NCBI GenBank assembly: GCA_050273025.1
Contig: CP158635.1
Coordinates: 16,740,001 to 16,804,000 of the forward strand
From: Cenococcum geophilum
Taxonomy: Eukaryota
Reading direction: 5' to 3'
Length of the DNA: 64,000 bases
In this document: piece after piece, positions 13,136 to 27,299 of the stretch
Position numbering within the stretch: the first letter of the stretch is position 1
How the letters are laid out: every line of letters starts with the position of its first letter
Made by a program: the position numbers and the translations under genes
The notes under the pieces: generated by a model
Databases searched by the model: none
What the model saw: only the letters and a program-made list of their open reading frames with translations
What the model was told of the DNA's origin: nothing

Positions 13136-16100
13136 CTGATTAGTGAGCGCGCACAGATTAGCAACTACTCGACACCTCCCCCCGAGTGATACTTAATAGC
13201 GACTACCTGTTTAGACTCCCAGTACGATCTGCTAAAAGGTTAGAAGTCGGGGATTACGGACTTATCTCTAACTCTATATACTTATTTAAGTCTTAGTACG
13301 GTTTATTAAAAGTTATAAACGTAAATATAGACCTTTACGGAACCCCCTACCCTCCTGCAAACCACTACGGACCTGCTAATTACCTTTATAAACCGTTATA
13401 AGACCTTACGGAAACCTCTTACCCTTCTATAAACTGGTACGGACCTATTAACCGCCTTTACAGACCACTACAAGACCTTTTCCACCCGCTACGTACTATA
13501 CTACATAGTATGGCAGATATAAGCAAGCAGATTAATAAAGGTTAAGAGAAATGGAGCTAAGGAGTTAACCTTACGTCCATAACTAATATTAACAACTATA
13601 TTAAATACAAAATCCTTAAATACGGATATTTTAAGCTTATAAATAACGACCTGTAGGAGTAATATAAGGAAGACTTTGCGGACTTTACGGAAGATATTTT
13701 TAAGGCTTATAACCCTACTACTATTTATAACCTATAAATCCTTTTACGTCACTAAGGCGTATGGGTTAAAAGGGATAAACGAGTTACTATTGCACGGTCT
13801 CTATATGATATACTATATAAGAAAGACTAAACGGAATGGACTAAAGAGTAGATTTTAGATTATATTAAAACCAGCGACCTCTTTACCTCCTTTAAACTTA
13901 ATAGAATCTCTGGCCTTATAGCTAACCTATTTAACTAAATTCGTTTTATAAACCTAAGTAGTATTAGAATTAATCTTACTGGCTAAAGTACACCTAATAC
14001 TTAAGTCATGGACTATAATACTACTATAACCCAAATTATGGACCGTAATACCCCTATAAACTAAAATACGGACTAAACCCCTTCTGTTGCTTAAGTTATA
14101 GATCCGCAAACTACCTAAATAAAGACCTATAATAAGGAGCTAGCTAACCTAGTTAAGCTCTACACTAACAAATCTAAGTATAGCGGTGAAAACAACAATT
14201 TTAACTTTAAACTAACTATCTTTACGGACCTTTGCCAGAAGGCTAATATTCCTAAATAAGAGTTTAGCTAAGCCTACTCTACTATACTGCGCGGCCTAGT
14301 ACTTAACCACTACTACACTAACCTTAAGAGTAACCCCCTTGGTGTCCCCTTTAATAAGCTATACGAAGCTACCTATAACTACTTTAAAGGACCGGAATAT
14401 AAGTGTAATATCCTTACCTAATAGAATGCGACTAAGCTATGGACCGTAATTAATAAGAATACTAAAAAATCGACTATAGAGTGCCTGTAAATTCTTATTA
14501 AAGACCTCTAGCACCTATAGCACGGCCTTAACACTAAGCTTTAAATAGACGACTTCCTGTATAATAAACTTATTACAGCCTACTAGAAAGTAGAGCCTTA
14601 TAAGTACGCCTACTACAAGCCTATAGATACCTTAGCTGGCCTTATTAATAATCTACGCTCCTCTATTATAACGTATAAAGTCTTAAACCCACCAGGTAGT
14701 ACTTAAGCCTTTATTACGGATATTTAATATCTATAAATAGACTTAGACGTCTACTTTACGGACCGCCGTTACTACTAGCAGCACCTATACCGACTAAGTC
14801 CTACCTATAACCCCCGTAGTAACCCCTATATAAAAATATACCCCTGCAGATAAACTAGCTAGAAGTGCTTCGTGTGCGGTAAGAAAGGATATTAGTCTAT
14901 AAGGTATACCTAGAAAGAACGTAATAAGTCTAGGAAGAGACTTAATAGCCGTATTAATTAGTTCATTTTGGAATACAAAGGAGAGGAAGTAGAAGAGCCC
15001 CCTAATAAGTTAATAGAAACCCTTATAATTGACTTTAACTTAAACGCTTAGGAATAAGAGACCTTAGAGATATTCCTAACCACTTTTGGACCTTTTATAG
15101 ACAGCTAAGCCTTTAATATTACGACCGTATTAGCCGACCGTTCCTTTATATACTTAGTTGCGCCCAAAAACTATTTTGTAAGCACCCCTATTATAAACGT
15201 TATAGATTATAAGCAGAACCTATTTGCATATATTACTATAGAACGCTATACCCCTAAGGAATTTTATGGTGTTATAATTAACATAGGTGCCTCTAAGAAG
15301 TCTACTGTAGGTTATAGATAATACCTTATATATAGGACCACCGTAAATAATAATACGGATATTAATACTATGTAAACTGGGGCCATAAACGTCTAATTTG
15401 GCATCGGCTTAACTATATTAATTAGATTAGTTGCAGTTAAGACCCTAATTAGCCTAGTTAACTTCCATATAGTAAAAGTAGATACCCCTTTCTTACTTTG
15501 CCTTACGGATATAGATAGGTTATAGGTTTACTATAACAATGTTACGGACACCTTAATCGGCCCTGTAACTGCCCTAGGAAGTAAGTATATTACCCTGCCA
15601 ATTATATAACGATTTAGACACCCGTTCCTTATATAGGGAGAGACTTTACGGACCTATATTTAGGAATCTTTTAACTATAACCCGTGCTACTTCACTAGTA
15701 TAGAAATCTACGCCTATACCGCCGTTTTGGCCACCTGTCAGCCGAAAAGCTATATAGAGTCCTTAAACGCTTTAGATATAATAATGTTAACAGGAAGGCA
15801 ATTGACCACCTGACTAAATACTGCTTCTTTTGCTAGAAATACGGACGTTCCCTAGGCTAATTTAAGTTTACCCTTTATAAGGACCTTAACTTTAACTACT
15901 TAGTATACGTGGATATTATATATATTAACGGCAGTCCAGTATTATATATAATCGACGAGGCAACCCACTATTAAGCTACCCGTTAGTTATAAAATATATC
16001 TATAAAATATATCTGGGATATTTTACGGACTTACTAAATTAATATATACCTTAGACCTCCTAAGTATATTACCTATAACGCTAGTAGGAACTTTATTAGT

Positions 16101-18358
16101 AAAGAATTCTAATAGTACGCTATAGCCATAGCTATTTTAATAAAAGCCGTTCTAGTTAAGGCGCACTAGTCTGTTAGGCTTATTGAGTAAGCTTACCTAG
16201 CTCTATAGAGAGCTTATTAGATTATTATGGACGAGTGTAAGGATATCTAAAAGAAACTAGCTTTACAGATAGCCGTAAAAGCCGTTAACGATACCGCTAG
16301 CCCTAATAGACTAGTACCTACCCTCTTAGTTTATAGAGCTTACCTAAGGATGAGTAACCTAGGCCCTTCTGCCCCGTTTATTACGGAACGAGTAGCTATA
16401 ATATAGAAGGCAATGGCCGAAATAGTTAAATTACGGGCTAAATAAACTGTTAATAACGCCCTATACCACCGTAACGGACCTAATACAACCTTAGTATATA
16501 ACCTCCCGCTTAACTCTAAAGTCCTTATATAGTGTGAAAGCGGTAGCTAGAATGGACCCTATTATCTACTAGCCGTAGAAAACGAGATTTGTTGTGTACA
16601 GCTTCCTAGCGGGCTAACTAGCTTTAAAAGCACGTTTGTAAAACCCTACTTTTGGCCTAAAAATACCTATGATGTTAAACTAGACGAACTGGAAGTACCC
16701 GCCAAACTAAATGAACTGGAAGTACCCCTGCCTACCTTAGAAGTCCCCTAGAAACTTACTAAACCCGCTAAACCTACTATAAAGCGTGGCTGAGGACGCC
16801 CCCGAAAGCACCCTATAACTAAAAACCCCGTAATAAAGAATTACTTAACCTCTATAGGCATATCCGCAAGGCAATCTCTACCTATAGATATATTAGTTCT
16901 AGTACAGAAAACCCCTTATATAGACTTACGGCGTAAAGAGATTAACGGACTACTTAAAAAGGGCGTCTTTACGGTCGTAATGGAAAAAGATATTCCGTAA
17001 GGCGTCCGTATATTTAACTTACGCTTCGTTAATAAGATTAAGCACCCTAGTACTAATAAAGCTTTTAAGAAATTAAGGCTCGTTATATAAGCTTATAATA
17101 ACTAGGAAAAGGACCTAGTCCTTACGTAATTGCCTATAATTTAATGAGTTAGTTAACGGATTATACTTATACTTACGCTTGGACTACAGCAAACTAAACC
17201 TATAGCCCTCTACTTACGGGATATCTTATAAGCCTACGTGCAGTTAAATACCTACCTAAGTAGGGATATCTTTATATAACTACCCTGTAAGCTTAACCTA
17301 TAATTAGAAATAATTTTATAGGTTATAAAACCTCTTTACAGAGTACTAGAAGCCGGAAACTATTGGTTTAAGATGTACCACTAGCATTATATTAGTAAAC
17401 TTAAAATGGAACAGTTGGCTCTTATACACCCTATTAAACGGCCTCGGTATTGTTAGACTCTAAATTAATAATACCCTCTTTCTAGTAGACCAAACCTTTG
17501 CGGATGTTAAAGAAACTAAACTATAAAAGGTAAAGTTCTTAGTAAAGCCGTAAAAGCAGTTAACTAAGTAGACTCTAATTAAGTTTAATAGAGGCTTAAT
17601 TATATAAAAGGGCAACCTAATTAAGCTAACTTAGGAACGCTAAGCTTAAAACCTAAAGCCTGTTATAGTAAAGCCTACGGACCTTACTAGTTCCTATAGA
17701 AAGACCTATAAGACCGTAAATACGAAGGACTAATACGCTGTATAGCGTGTAAGAGGCGCCTATATTGCTATAGTCTGTTAACCTAAATCTACCTATGACC
17801 TGTCCTTTACGGCCTAGGCAGTAGACCTATAAGAAGAAAATATTAAGCAGCTTAATAAGCGCATTTAGTAGCAAATCGACAATGTAGTAAGGGGACTTAC
17901 TTTTGTACCACTAGACCTGAATTTCCTTAGCCTACTAGTATTTATAGATGTATCTTTTGCTAATAATAAAGACCTATTATTACGAATCGGCTTTGTAATT
18001 GTACTTATGGACTGTAATTAGGACGTAAATATACTGTATTAGTCCTTAATTAAGTGTAAATAAGTAACCTAAAGTGTATTAGCTTCTAAACTATATGCAC
18101 TAGCCTATAGCTTTAATATAGCAGCCGTAATTAAATTAACGGTCCAGAAGATTCTATAACTGGAGTAGTTACCCCTAGTTTTATATACCGATTTAAAGCC
18201 CCTTTACGACTACCTAGTTAAACTAGGTACGATATAAGAGAAGAGGCTTATGGTTGACCTAATGTACTTACGTTAGGCCTATAAACGACGTGAGATTATA
18301 GAGGTTAAATAGATTAGCGGCGGAAATAACCTAATAGACGCTATAACTAAGGCAAAGC

Positions 18359-18573
18359 TGTAAGGGATATTATTGCGGACACCTTAGGTTGCCCTTAGGA
18401 CAACCCCCGGACGCCTTTTAGATGGTCGCCAGTTATATACTGGAGGTATATGCCTGTAGTATATAGTCTCCACAATCCCAGAGGCCTTACCTTCTTAAGG
18501 ATTCGTTTCTCTTACTAATCTATCCTGTTTTAATCGTGTCCTTATAGCCCCCTGTCTATAAGATCCCCTTATA
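18359..18573 (+). repeat. 5' LTR of Gypsy D (215 bp)
   Basis: TGTAAGGGATATTATTGCGG...GATCCCCTTATA; matches 59857-60071. Confidence 0.95.
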
Positions 18574-21500
18574 TTTAAATCCTTTCTACTCTTTTTTAGA
18601 AGGGTAGTCGGCTTTAAGGACTAGATTGTTTGTTTATATCTTTTATTTATAACTACTATTCTCCCTTAAAATCTTATAATAACCTAAATGGAAACTCCAC
18701 GGATACCTTATGGAAAGCCGTCGCGTAAAGGTAGGAAGGTCCCTCCGATAGCGAGAGATTGCGATAATATAACCCTTTAGGTAAGATAGCCGAATAAGCC
18801 CTAATACCTAGATGCTCTAGGAGCTTAAAGACTCTTACATACCTATAGTTACCGCTAAGGAAAACGTAGATACCCTTTATAACGGTTATAACGCTACTAG
18901 AAAGTAACTAGAACCCCTTTAGCCCTACCTAGGCTAATTAGAAGATTAAGCGCTAGAGGCGACTTTAAGATCTTCCCCTAAGCTAGAAATACTAGAGGAA
19001 TATACTAATATATTTAACTAGAGAACTAACTAAAACCCTCTCGGAAGACCACCAGCCTATAATTAGTATAGTGGCGGTATATAAACTACTTATAAGCTAA
19101 GCGGGCCTACCCCTTTAGGTAATCTAAGCTAATTACTAACTTAAGACCTAAGCCTTATTAGGAAACCTATACTAGCTACTAGTACTAATACTACCTCTAT
19201 AGTAGGAGCTTCCCTAGGCCTAAGTTTAGAAGGTTAAGAGCCCTATACTAATCTCCTTTAAGATAGATATTAGGAAGCTGTTATAAGGCTCTTAGAAGCT
19301 ATATAGGAGGAAGCTACTAATAAATATATTAGAACCCTTTAAGGGTAAATCTAGATCTAGTAGGGTCTAATTTAAGCTAGGTAAATTCTTTTATAACCTA
19401 GTTAAGGTTAAGGGCTTTTTAGGAGCTACTTAATACCTACCTAAGGAGGTATAGAAGACTTAAAGAGTTATCTACGCTATAAATGGAAAAAGGATATAAA
19501 CCGATTGGCTAAGGCCTCTAATAGTTTAGAACTCCGCCATAGACCTAACGCCTAGTAGTTGGACGATTAGGTTTATAAGGTAGACAACTTCTTTAAGATG
19601 CTGATGATACAAAATAATACTAAAGAGTGTATACGCTGGATTATTAGTAAGATTAAAGACTAATTGCTAAACTAGATCGCACTTAATTAGCTTAATAAAG
19701 AGTAAATTACTATATAGCCATAGCTGCAAACCTTTTTAAAGAAATGGATTTAAAATCTATATATTATATAATATAATAATATAAAGCTATTCTAGAATGG
19801 GATATAGCTGGACTGCTATAACTTCCGCTAGTTTATAAACTTTATAGAAACTTATGCTTAGTAAATAGATCTAAAGCCCTTTAAAAATAAGGACGGTAGC
19901 ATCTATAAGAAGGAGAAGATTGGGTTTATTTAGGCTAAAATTAAGCTAGTAATTTATAACGAAATAAAGCGCGTAGGAGCTCTATTGCGGATTATTATAT
20001 ATACGGATTTTGAACGAGCAGTTCTGAACGTTAAAGATACGGTAAGGAACTAGACCTCTTCTGGTAGGAAGCCGAAGGGTTATTAAAAGTATAGGTACTT
20101 TAGTAGTAATATAGGGCAGACCTAACCTTTAAAAAAGCCGTTCTTAAAGAGAACTTTAGAAGGGTTAAAGTTAGGAACCTTAAATAACGGGAAAAACTTT
20201 TAGGGTTAACCTAATACCTATTTGGCACCTTTATGGGAACACTTTAAGAAGTTAAGAGAAAACTCTAAAGGTAGATCTTATTAGAAAAATAAGTAGGGTA
20301 ATAACCGTACTAATAATTTAAAAAAAAAAGCCCTAGTCGCGGACCTCTTCTAGCTGTAACTAGGGCAAGATATAGAAGGAAAGACTTTCCGTATTACTAT
20401 TAAGCTGGAAATAACGCTTCCTATAGGTAAGGTACGACAGTTCCAAGCACTATATAATAGCGGCGCCGAAATTAATCTTATATAATATGATTTAGTAAAA
20501 GAGTATAAACTTATCCTATTGTAAAGGTGGTGGAAACCTATTATAGGCTTTCTAGATAAGTATTGGATTAAACTATATAGTGCCTATAAGCTTATAGTAT
20601 TAGTAGCCGACATATATAACCGCACTAAGGTGGTCGGCCCGCAACCCTTCTAAGTGGCTAACTTTATAGGTTATAACCTTATCTTTAGATACCCTTAGCT
20701 AGCGGAAGTAGATCCTAAGATACGCTTTAAAACTGGAGCCTTTAAATAGTAGAACGATAAAGATTTGGAAGGGTGTATATTACTAATAAGCCTAAAGGAT
20801 ATCCTAGAGAATATAGCCCCAGGCAAAATAGTATACGCTCTATACCTAAAGGAGTATTGGATTTAACCCCTATTTAATAGCAAGATAGGTATAGAGCCTA
20901 GCATAGGTAATAACCCCTTTATAACGGAGACCCTATAGGGAACTGCCGGATAGGTTACGGAGATATTATAGGGAGGCGGCGATCTTAAGGATCTTATAAG
21001 ATACTTTAACCGTTATAGGTTACTCTGGCTTAAGCAATATATAAAAAGTATATTACGGCATCTTAAGCGCTACATTAAGGATTTCTTTACCCTTTATTAA
21101 CTACTATATAAAACGGTGTAACGTATAGTGGCAACTATGTATAAGCAACTACTATAGCGCACAACGCTGCCCGCGAGCATTTTAAGGGAGCTCTGGGACC
21201 TACCTAATAATAATATAAAGAATAAACGCGACCCTAATTTGTTAAATATTCTAGTAGGCCTAAGGGACTTACTAAGGGTATTTTTAGGTAGGAGAGCTAA
21301 AGTCCTACCGTAGAACTTGGAGTACGATTATATAATTAATCTAGAAGAAGGTAAATAACCGCCGAACCTTTTTATCTATAACCTCTTGCGTAAAGAGCTT
21401 AAGATTCTATAAGAGTACCTTAACGGCTTACTAGAAAAGGGATAGATCTAGCCTAATAAGTCGTCGTTAGGCGCGCCGATCCTCTTTATCCTAAAACTAG

Positions 21501-24284
21501 ATAGAACTATAAGGCTATATAGACTATTGCGGTCTTAATAAGATTATAATTAAGAACCGTTACCCACTACTACTAGTTAGTAAAATGCTGGATTAACTAT
21601 CTAGGGCGAAGATCTTTATAAAGTTAAATCTATAAGACGCCTATTATAGGCTTCGTATTAAAGAAGGGGATAAGTAGAAGACCGCTTTTAAGACCTAATA
21701 CGGCCACTTTAAGTATCTAGTAATGCCTTTTAGGCTAGCTAATACGCCTGTAATATTCCAATTATATATTTATAGAGCCTTAGGGGGACTAGTTAACTGT
21801 ATATACGTTGTCTATTTAGATAATATCTTAATCTACTTAGAAGATAAGGATTAACACGAGTAATACGTCCGCGAAGTACTAGAACGTTTAGATAATTAGG
21901 GCCTCTACGCTAAGGCGTTAAAGTATATCTTTAATACTAAGCAGGTTAAGTTCCTAGGTTATATTATAATGCCTATAGGTGTAGTTATAGACCCAGTATA
22001 GGTGTAGATAATTTAGGAGTGGCCGGAGCTAGAGAGCTACTAGGATATTTAAGTGTTCCTAGGCTTTGCCAATTTCTATAGGCGCTTTATTTATAACTAC
22101 TTAGACGTCGCCTAATACCTATTTAACTGTATTATAGAAGCTTCCTAAGACCTAACCTAAGAAGTAAAAAGCTTAAAGGCGGTAAGGAAGAAAACTAAGA
22201 AAGGACTAACTAAATGGTATAAGCTATGGTTATGGCCTAAAAAGGTTTATAAGGCTTTTTAGAAACTTCGCGTAAAGTTTATAAAAGCTCTATTACTGCG
22301 GCATTTTAACCTAGATTAGCCATTAATAATAATTACTGATATATTAAATTTTGCCCTTATTGGTATCCTATTATAACCTAATAGGTATCTAGACGCTACC
22401 TAGCTCTATTAGAGACCAGTAGTATTTTATAATAGAAAATTCTAGGGGCCTAAAGTTAGGTATTATACCCACGATAAGGAACTGCTGGCTATAGTTAACT
22501 ACTTTAAATAGTGGCGATATTACCTTAAGCACGCAAGCTATACCACTTGTGTACTCTTAGATTACTATAATTTACGCTACTTTATAACTATAAAGGAGCT
22601 TATACCTTAATAAGCTAAATAGGTAGAGGAGTTTGCGTAATTTAATTTTGAGATTAAATATAAGCTAGGGGAAAACAACCCTACTAATAGACCGTTATAA
22701 TAGCTAAACTATACCAAAGGCTTTAAAACGGGAGAAGGAAAATAGATAATAGATATCTTACTCTCTATATTGCAGAATAAGCTTTAGGTATAGGATGCTT
22801 AAGTACCTATAGCTTTATATACTAAGTCTTAGGCAGTGTAAGCCCTATTGGTTTTTACTGATGTTCTGGCTAGTATCCGGTTTATTGTTAATAAGGGTCT
22901 AAATATACCTAAACAGGACGTCCCTAATATATTCTTAGAACCTAGTAATACACTATTCCTAATTGCTAAGCTATCCTCTTAAACTAATAGCGAAGCTATA
23001 GAGTAATCGGAACTCGGAGCCCTATAATAACTAAAGGACTTTAACCTCGTAGCGGCCTTCCTAATATATGCGTATTAAAGAGTTAAAAGATCTATAGTAC
23101 TATCTAGTCTTGTATTTAGAGTAGTATAGGACGAAATAGCTTTTACCTAGAAACTATCTAAAGGGTTAATGGATCTTATCTGTAAGGTGTAACGAAGGGA
23201 CGCTTTTTATGCTATCTTTAATGCGGAAGTAAACCGGAAATGTAATAAAAAGGAAGCTGCTAGGCGCTACTATTGGGAACTAGACCTAATGGGCCTACTA
23301 CATAGAGGTAGTAAGGTTTAGGTGCTATAAGAAGCAAATCTACGACAGAAGATTCTTATAAAGAATTATAAGAATCCCCTAGGCGGCCACTATAGTTAAG
23401 CAAAGATAGTAAAATTACTTTAGCGTAAATACTATTAGCTAAGGCTTAATTAGGAAGTAAAGGAGTATATTAGCTATTACGAGAAGTATTAAGTATATAA
23501 GATCCGCAGGTATAAGCTATGGGGTCTACTTAAATTAGTTCCCCCCGCTAGTAAGCTATAGCAATATTACGCCATAGACTTTATTACGGATCTCCCGCTA
23601 TCTAAAGATAGCTAAGGACAAATATATAATTTAGTCCTTATACTTATTAATAGGTTTTTAAAGTACGTCTAATACCTTCCTATTAATAAGATAATTAATG
23701 TATAAAAGCTCGCCAACCTAATTAAGGAGAAATGCTTTCTTAAAGTAAATTAGCTATACTCTATTATTACTAATAAGGGCAGCGTCTTTATAAGCTAATA
23801 CTAGTCGGACCTATATGTTACGGACGCTTTAAGTACAATATTATAACTACTTGGAGAAGAGACGGAAGAAGCTAGTTGGTTAATTTAGGCACGGTCTAGG
23901 ATAGAGCCAATAGAACCATATAACGAGGAATAGTAATTAGGTTACGTGATGTAATCTATATAATCTGTATAATCTATATAATCTGCAATAGAGTAAATAG
24001 AGTAGACAGAGTAGATAGAGTAATAACTTTCTTAGGAGTATGGATGTGTATTTAAAGGACCACAGTCCCTACCTAGATAGTTCCTTTCCTTATAGTAATT
24101 CTTAGAATATAATTAGAGTTAATCTATTAGGCAACCACTCCACTAGTTATTATTACGTTGTTAACTTTTATACTTACATTTCCTATATACCTAGCCTAAT
24201 AACGAGCCTATTATAGTTCTTACTACAAGGTTCCATTACACAATCACTACCTAATTATAGTATTAATATAAGAAGTCGAACAAC

Positions 24285-27260
24285 ATGCCACCAAAAGCAG
24301 CCACTATGATACTATTAACGGCAGCAACTACTTTAGGGACAGGAGGTAATACTAGTATGGTAAATACTAACTTATAGCAACCTATAACGGTTGGACAGCT
24401 ATAGGAAATAGTTAACTAGCTAATAGCTAATAATATAGTGTTAGAAGAAAGACTTAACGGAATAGGAGCAATAAAGATTAAGCTACTATCAATTAAGAAA
24501 TTCACAGGAGAGAGGTTAAAGCTTAAAGGATTTCTTATGCAGATATACTTTAAGGTCTTATAAGAGGGAGTAAAGTTACCTATACCTATGGATCGGATAG
24601 CCTACGCAGGACTATTCTTATTAGGAAAAGCACTTAAGTAGTTTAAACCTTATCTTATGGAGATATAGGTAAACGGAATAACGACCACTAACTAAGACGT
24701 GCGATTTATATTCTTAAGTTAGGAAGGATTTATAGAATAACTTACGCAGATATTTAGAGACCTAGAAGAAACAACTATAGCGGAAAGAAAACTTCAGAAC
24801 CTTATGTAATAAACTTTAGCAATTAAGTATATAATATAGTTCTAGACACTAGCAATATAAGTAAAGTAGAATAATAGGGCGCTTATAGCATAGTATAAAT
24901 AGGGACTTAAGGCTAAAGTCTAGGACGTAATTATCCTAATAGAAGATGTGGATACCCTAAGGGAACTAATAGATTAGGTAATTAAGATTAATAATTAGAT
25001 CTACTAAAGGGAATAGGCTAAAAGAGGCTAAGATAGAGTTCTATAGTTATATAAGGCGTAGAGTATATAACAACAAAAGCTAAGTTAGAAACTATAGTAT
25101 AGCGCAGAGCTAATGGACCTAAGTGGCACTAAAGAAACCTATAAGAAATGGAGCAAACTATAGAAACCCAGAGGATAAGGATTAAGTAATTAAAGGTCTA
25201 AGGAGCAGAGGCCAAATTAGGGATCTTAATAGTAGAAGATATTTAAGCAGACTCTATAGTAAAAGAAATAGTTTAAAGAAGGAGCTTATATAAATTGCGG
25301 AAAATAGGGTTATTATATTAGAGACTGTAGAAGTAGGCAGAGTTACTATATAGTAAAAGGTACGAGACTAGCAGACGATATATACATATAAAGGGACGAC
25401 AATATACTACAAGGAACAAAAAAATATTTAATTAAAAGTTTTATATTTTATTATAATAACATATACTAAATTTATAAGGATGCTAAGTATAGTATAAACT
25501 ATTAGCTATAAGAGCTAGCACCTATAGGATACAGAGGAACTAACGAACTAGTTTATAAATTAGATATTAAGGACGATAAATTCAACCTAGGTAAAATATT
25601 CCGTAATAATAAGGTAATAAGGGCCGCTTATTAGAAGCAAGTAGACCTTAGAGATATTATACTAAAGGTAGAGGATAATTCCACTATAGAATAGGGAATA
25701 TTAGTAGGGATTGAAACCCTACTAGATACGATATCTATCGCTTTATAAGACGTAAGAGAAGTAAGATAGCGAACCACTTTAGCACTTAATAAAGGCAAAA
25801 GGCTAAAGGCTTAAGATTCTTATAGCGAGATAAGAGATAACTAAGATTCTTAAAACGAGATAAGGCAAGCTTAAGGACCTATAATAGACAATAACTAATA
25901 AAGTAGAGCAGCAGCTTAGTTTAAAAATATATAAATAAGCTTAGGACGGAAGTTCCTACAAGCACAAGATTCTTAAGATAAGATAAGTGAGATTTAAGAC
26001 TCTTAAGATAAAATAAGAACACTAAGTAAGCCTAGTTAGACTAAGGCTGGAGCTAAGCTTAAGTTAAAAGTAAGCTTAGGATTAAAGAGCCTAAGGGGTT
26101 AAGAATTTAGGGTATAAATTAGAACATCTATAGATAAGAGGCAAGGAGCTTCTTTATAGATTAGAGAATCTATAGTATAAATAGTAATTAGACTAGGAGA
26201 CGAATATATAAACTTAAAGGATTTACTAGTTAAATAAAGTATTCAGACTAAAGATTAAAAAGTTAATACTAGAATTAAGAAGTAAGATAACTTTAAGGAT
26301 TAGAGCGTAAGGCACAAACTAAAAGAAACTATAGAAGAGTTTAGGTAAAGAATTATCGCATAGTAAGAATAGAAACTAGATAAGAGATCTAGCATATTAG
26401 GACATATAAAGGATAGAGTACTAGTATAAAGAATTACTAATAAACTAAGAGTAGGTATACTAAGAGCTAAGTAGCTTACTAAACTAGAAGATAAAGAGGA
26501 TTTAGGAATTCTAACTAGGTTTAAAAAATAATATATAAAGGGCTATTACAATACAGTAATAAAAAGATACTTCCTTATAAACAAACCGTATATACTCCAG
26601 TAGCTATACTAAAAGTAGTATAGATAAAGGCATAATAATAAGTAGGAAGATTTCTATATATAGTTAGATAAAAAAGTTATCTAGGACTACCTAATTATAG
26701 AGAAGGCTATAACGCATATTAAAGAAGCCTTAATTATAACGTTAAAGGATTTAAAGGAACGTTTAGAGGACTAAAGAAGTAAAAGACGTATTTTAGTACC
26801 TGCGAATAAAGTTATAACGTTTAGATTAGCATAATAAAGGTTTAAACTTAGGGATAAAGATAAGCTAAGGGTTAACCTAAAGCATTTAGTATACTATACG
26901 TTATTATAGATTACGTGCGTAGACGATATATACAAAATATATAAGAATCCAAAGGAAAAAAATTGGAAATACCTTATAAGGATATACTAAATAATAGATA
27001 AGTAATAGTATAGGAATGCTAAATATATATATAGATAGTATCTAGCAAAGGTCTAAGAAAAAGGAAGTTTAGTACTTTAACCGGAAAGATTTCTTATAAA
27101 AGAATACTTAGACGGATAATAGTAGTAGGAATACCTAAAAAATACGTATCTATAATATATTAAAGATAAAAAGCAAACTAGGTATTAGCTAAAGAATAAG
27201 CCAAGTATACTAAAATTAAGTAGCTAATAGTTAGGAAAAGTAGAGGCCTATAGGACTAAA
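24285..27260 (+). pseudogene. RIP-inactivated extended gag of copy 1
   Basis: ATG CCA CCA AAA (MPPKAA); gag-like motif KFTGERLKLKGFL; CCHC knuckle at ~25288-25330; long C-terminal extension up to a GGAAAAG putative frameshift site at ~27234. End approximate. Confidence 0.75.
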
Positions 27261-27299
27261 GAAAGCCAGTAATAGAGCCTTAGACCCTTAAAGGAATTT

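Noticed and set aside
25800..26010. Spaced 21-bp repeats as a CRISPR-like array
   Set aside because: Degenerate, irregularly spaced and part of the gag extension in each family-A copy; eukaryotic context with no cas genes.
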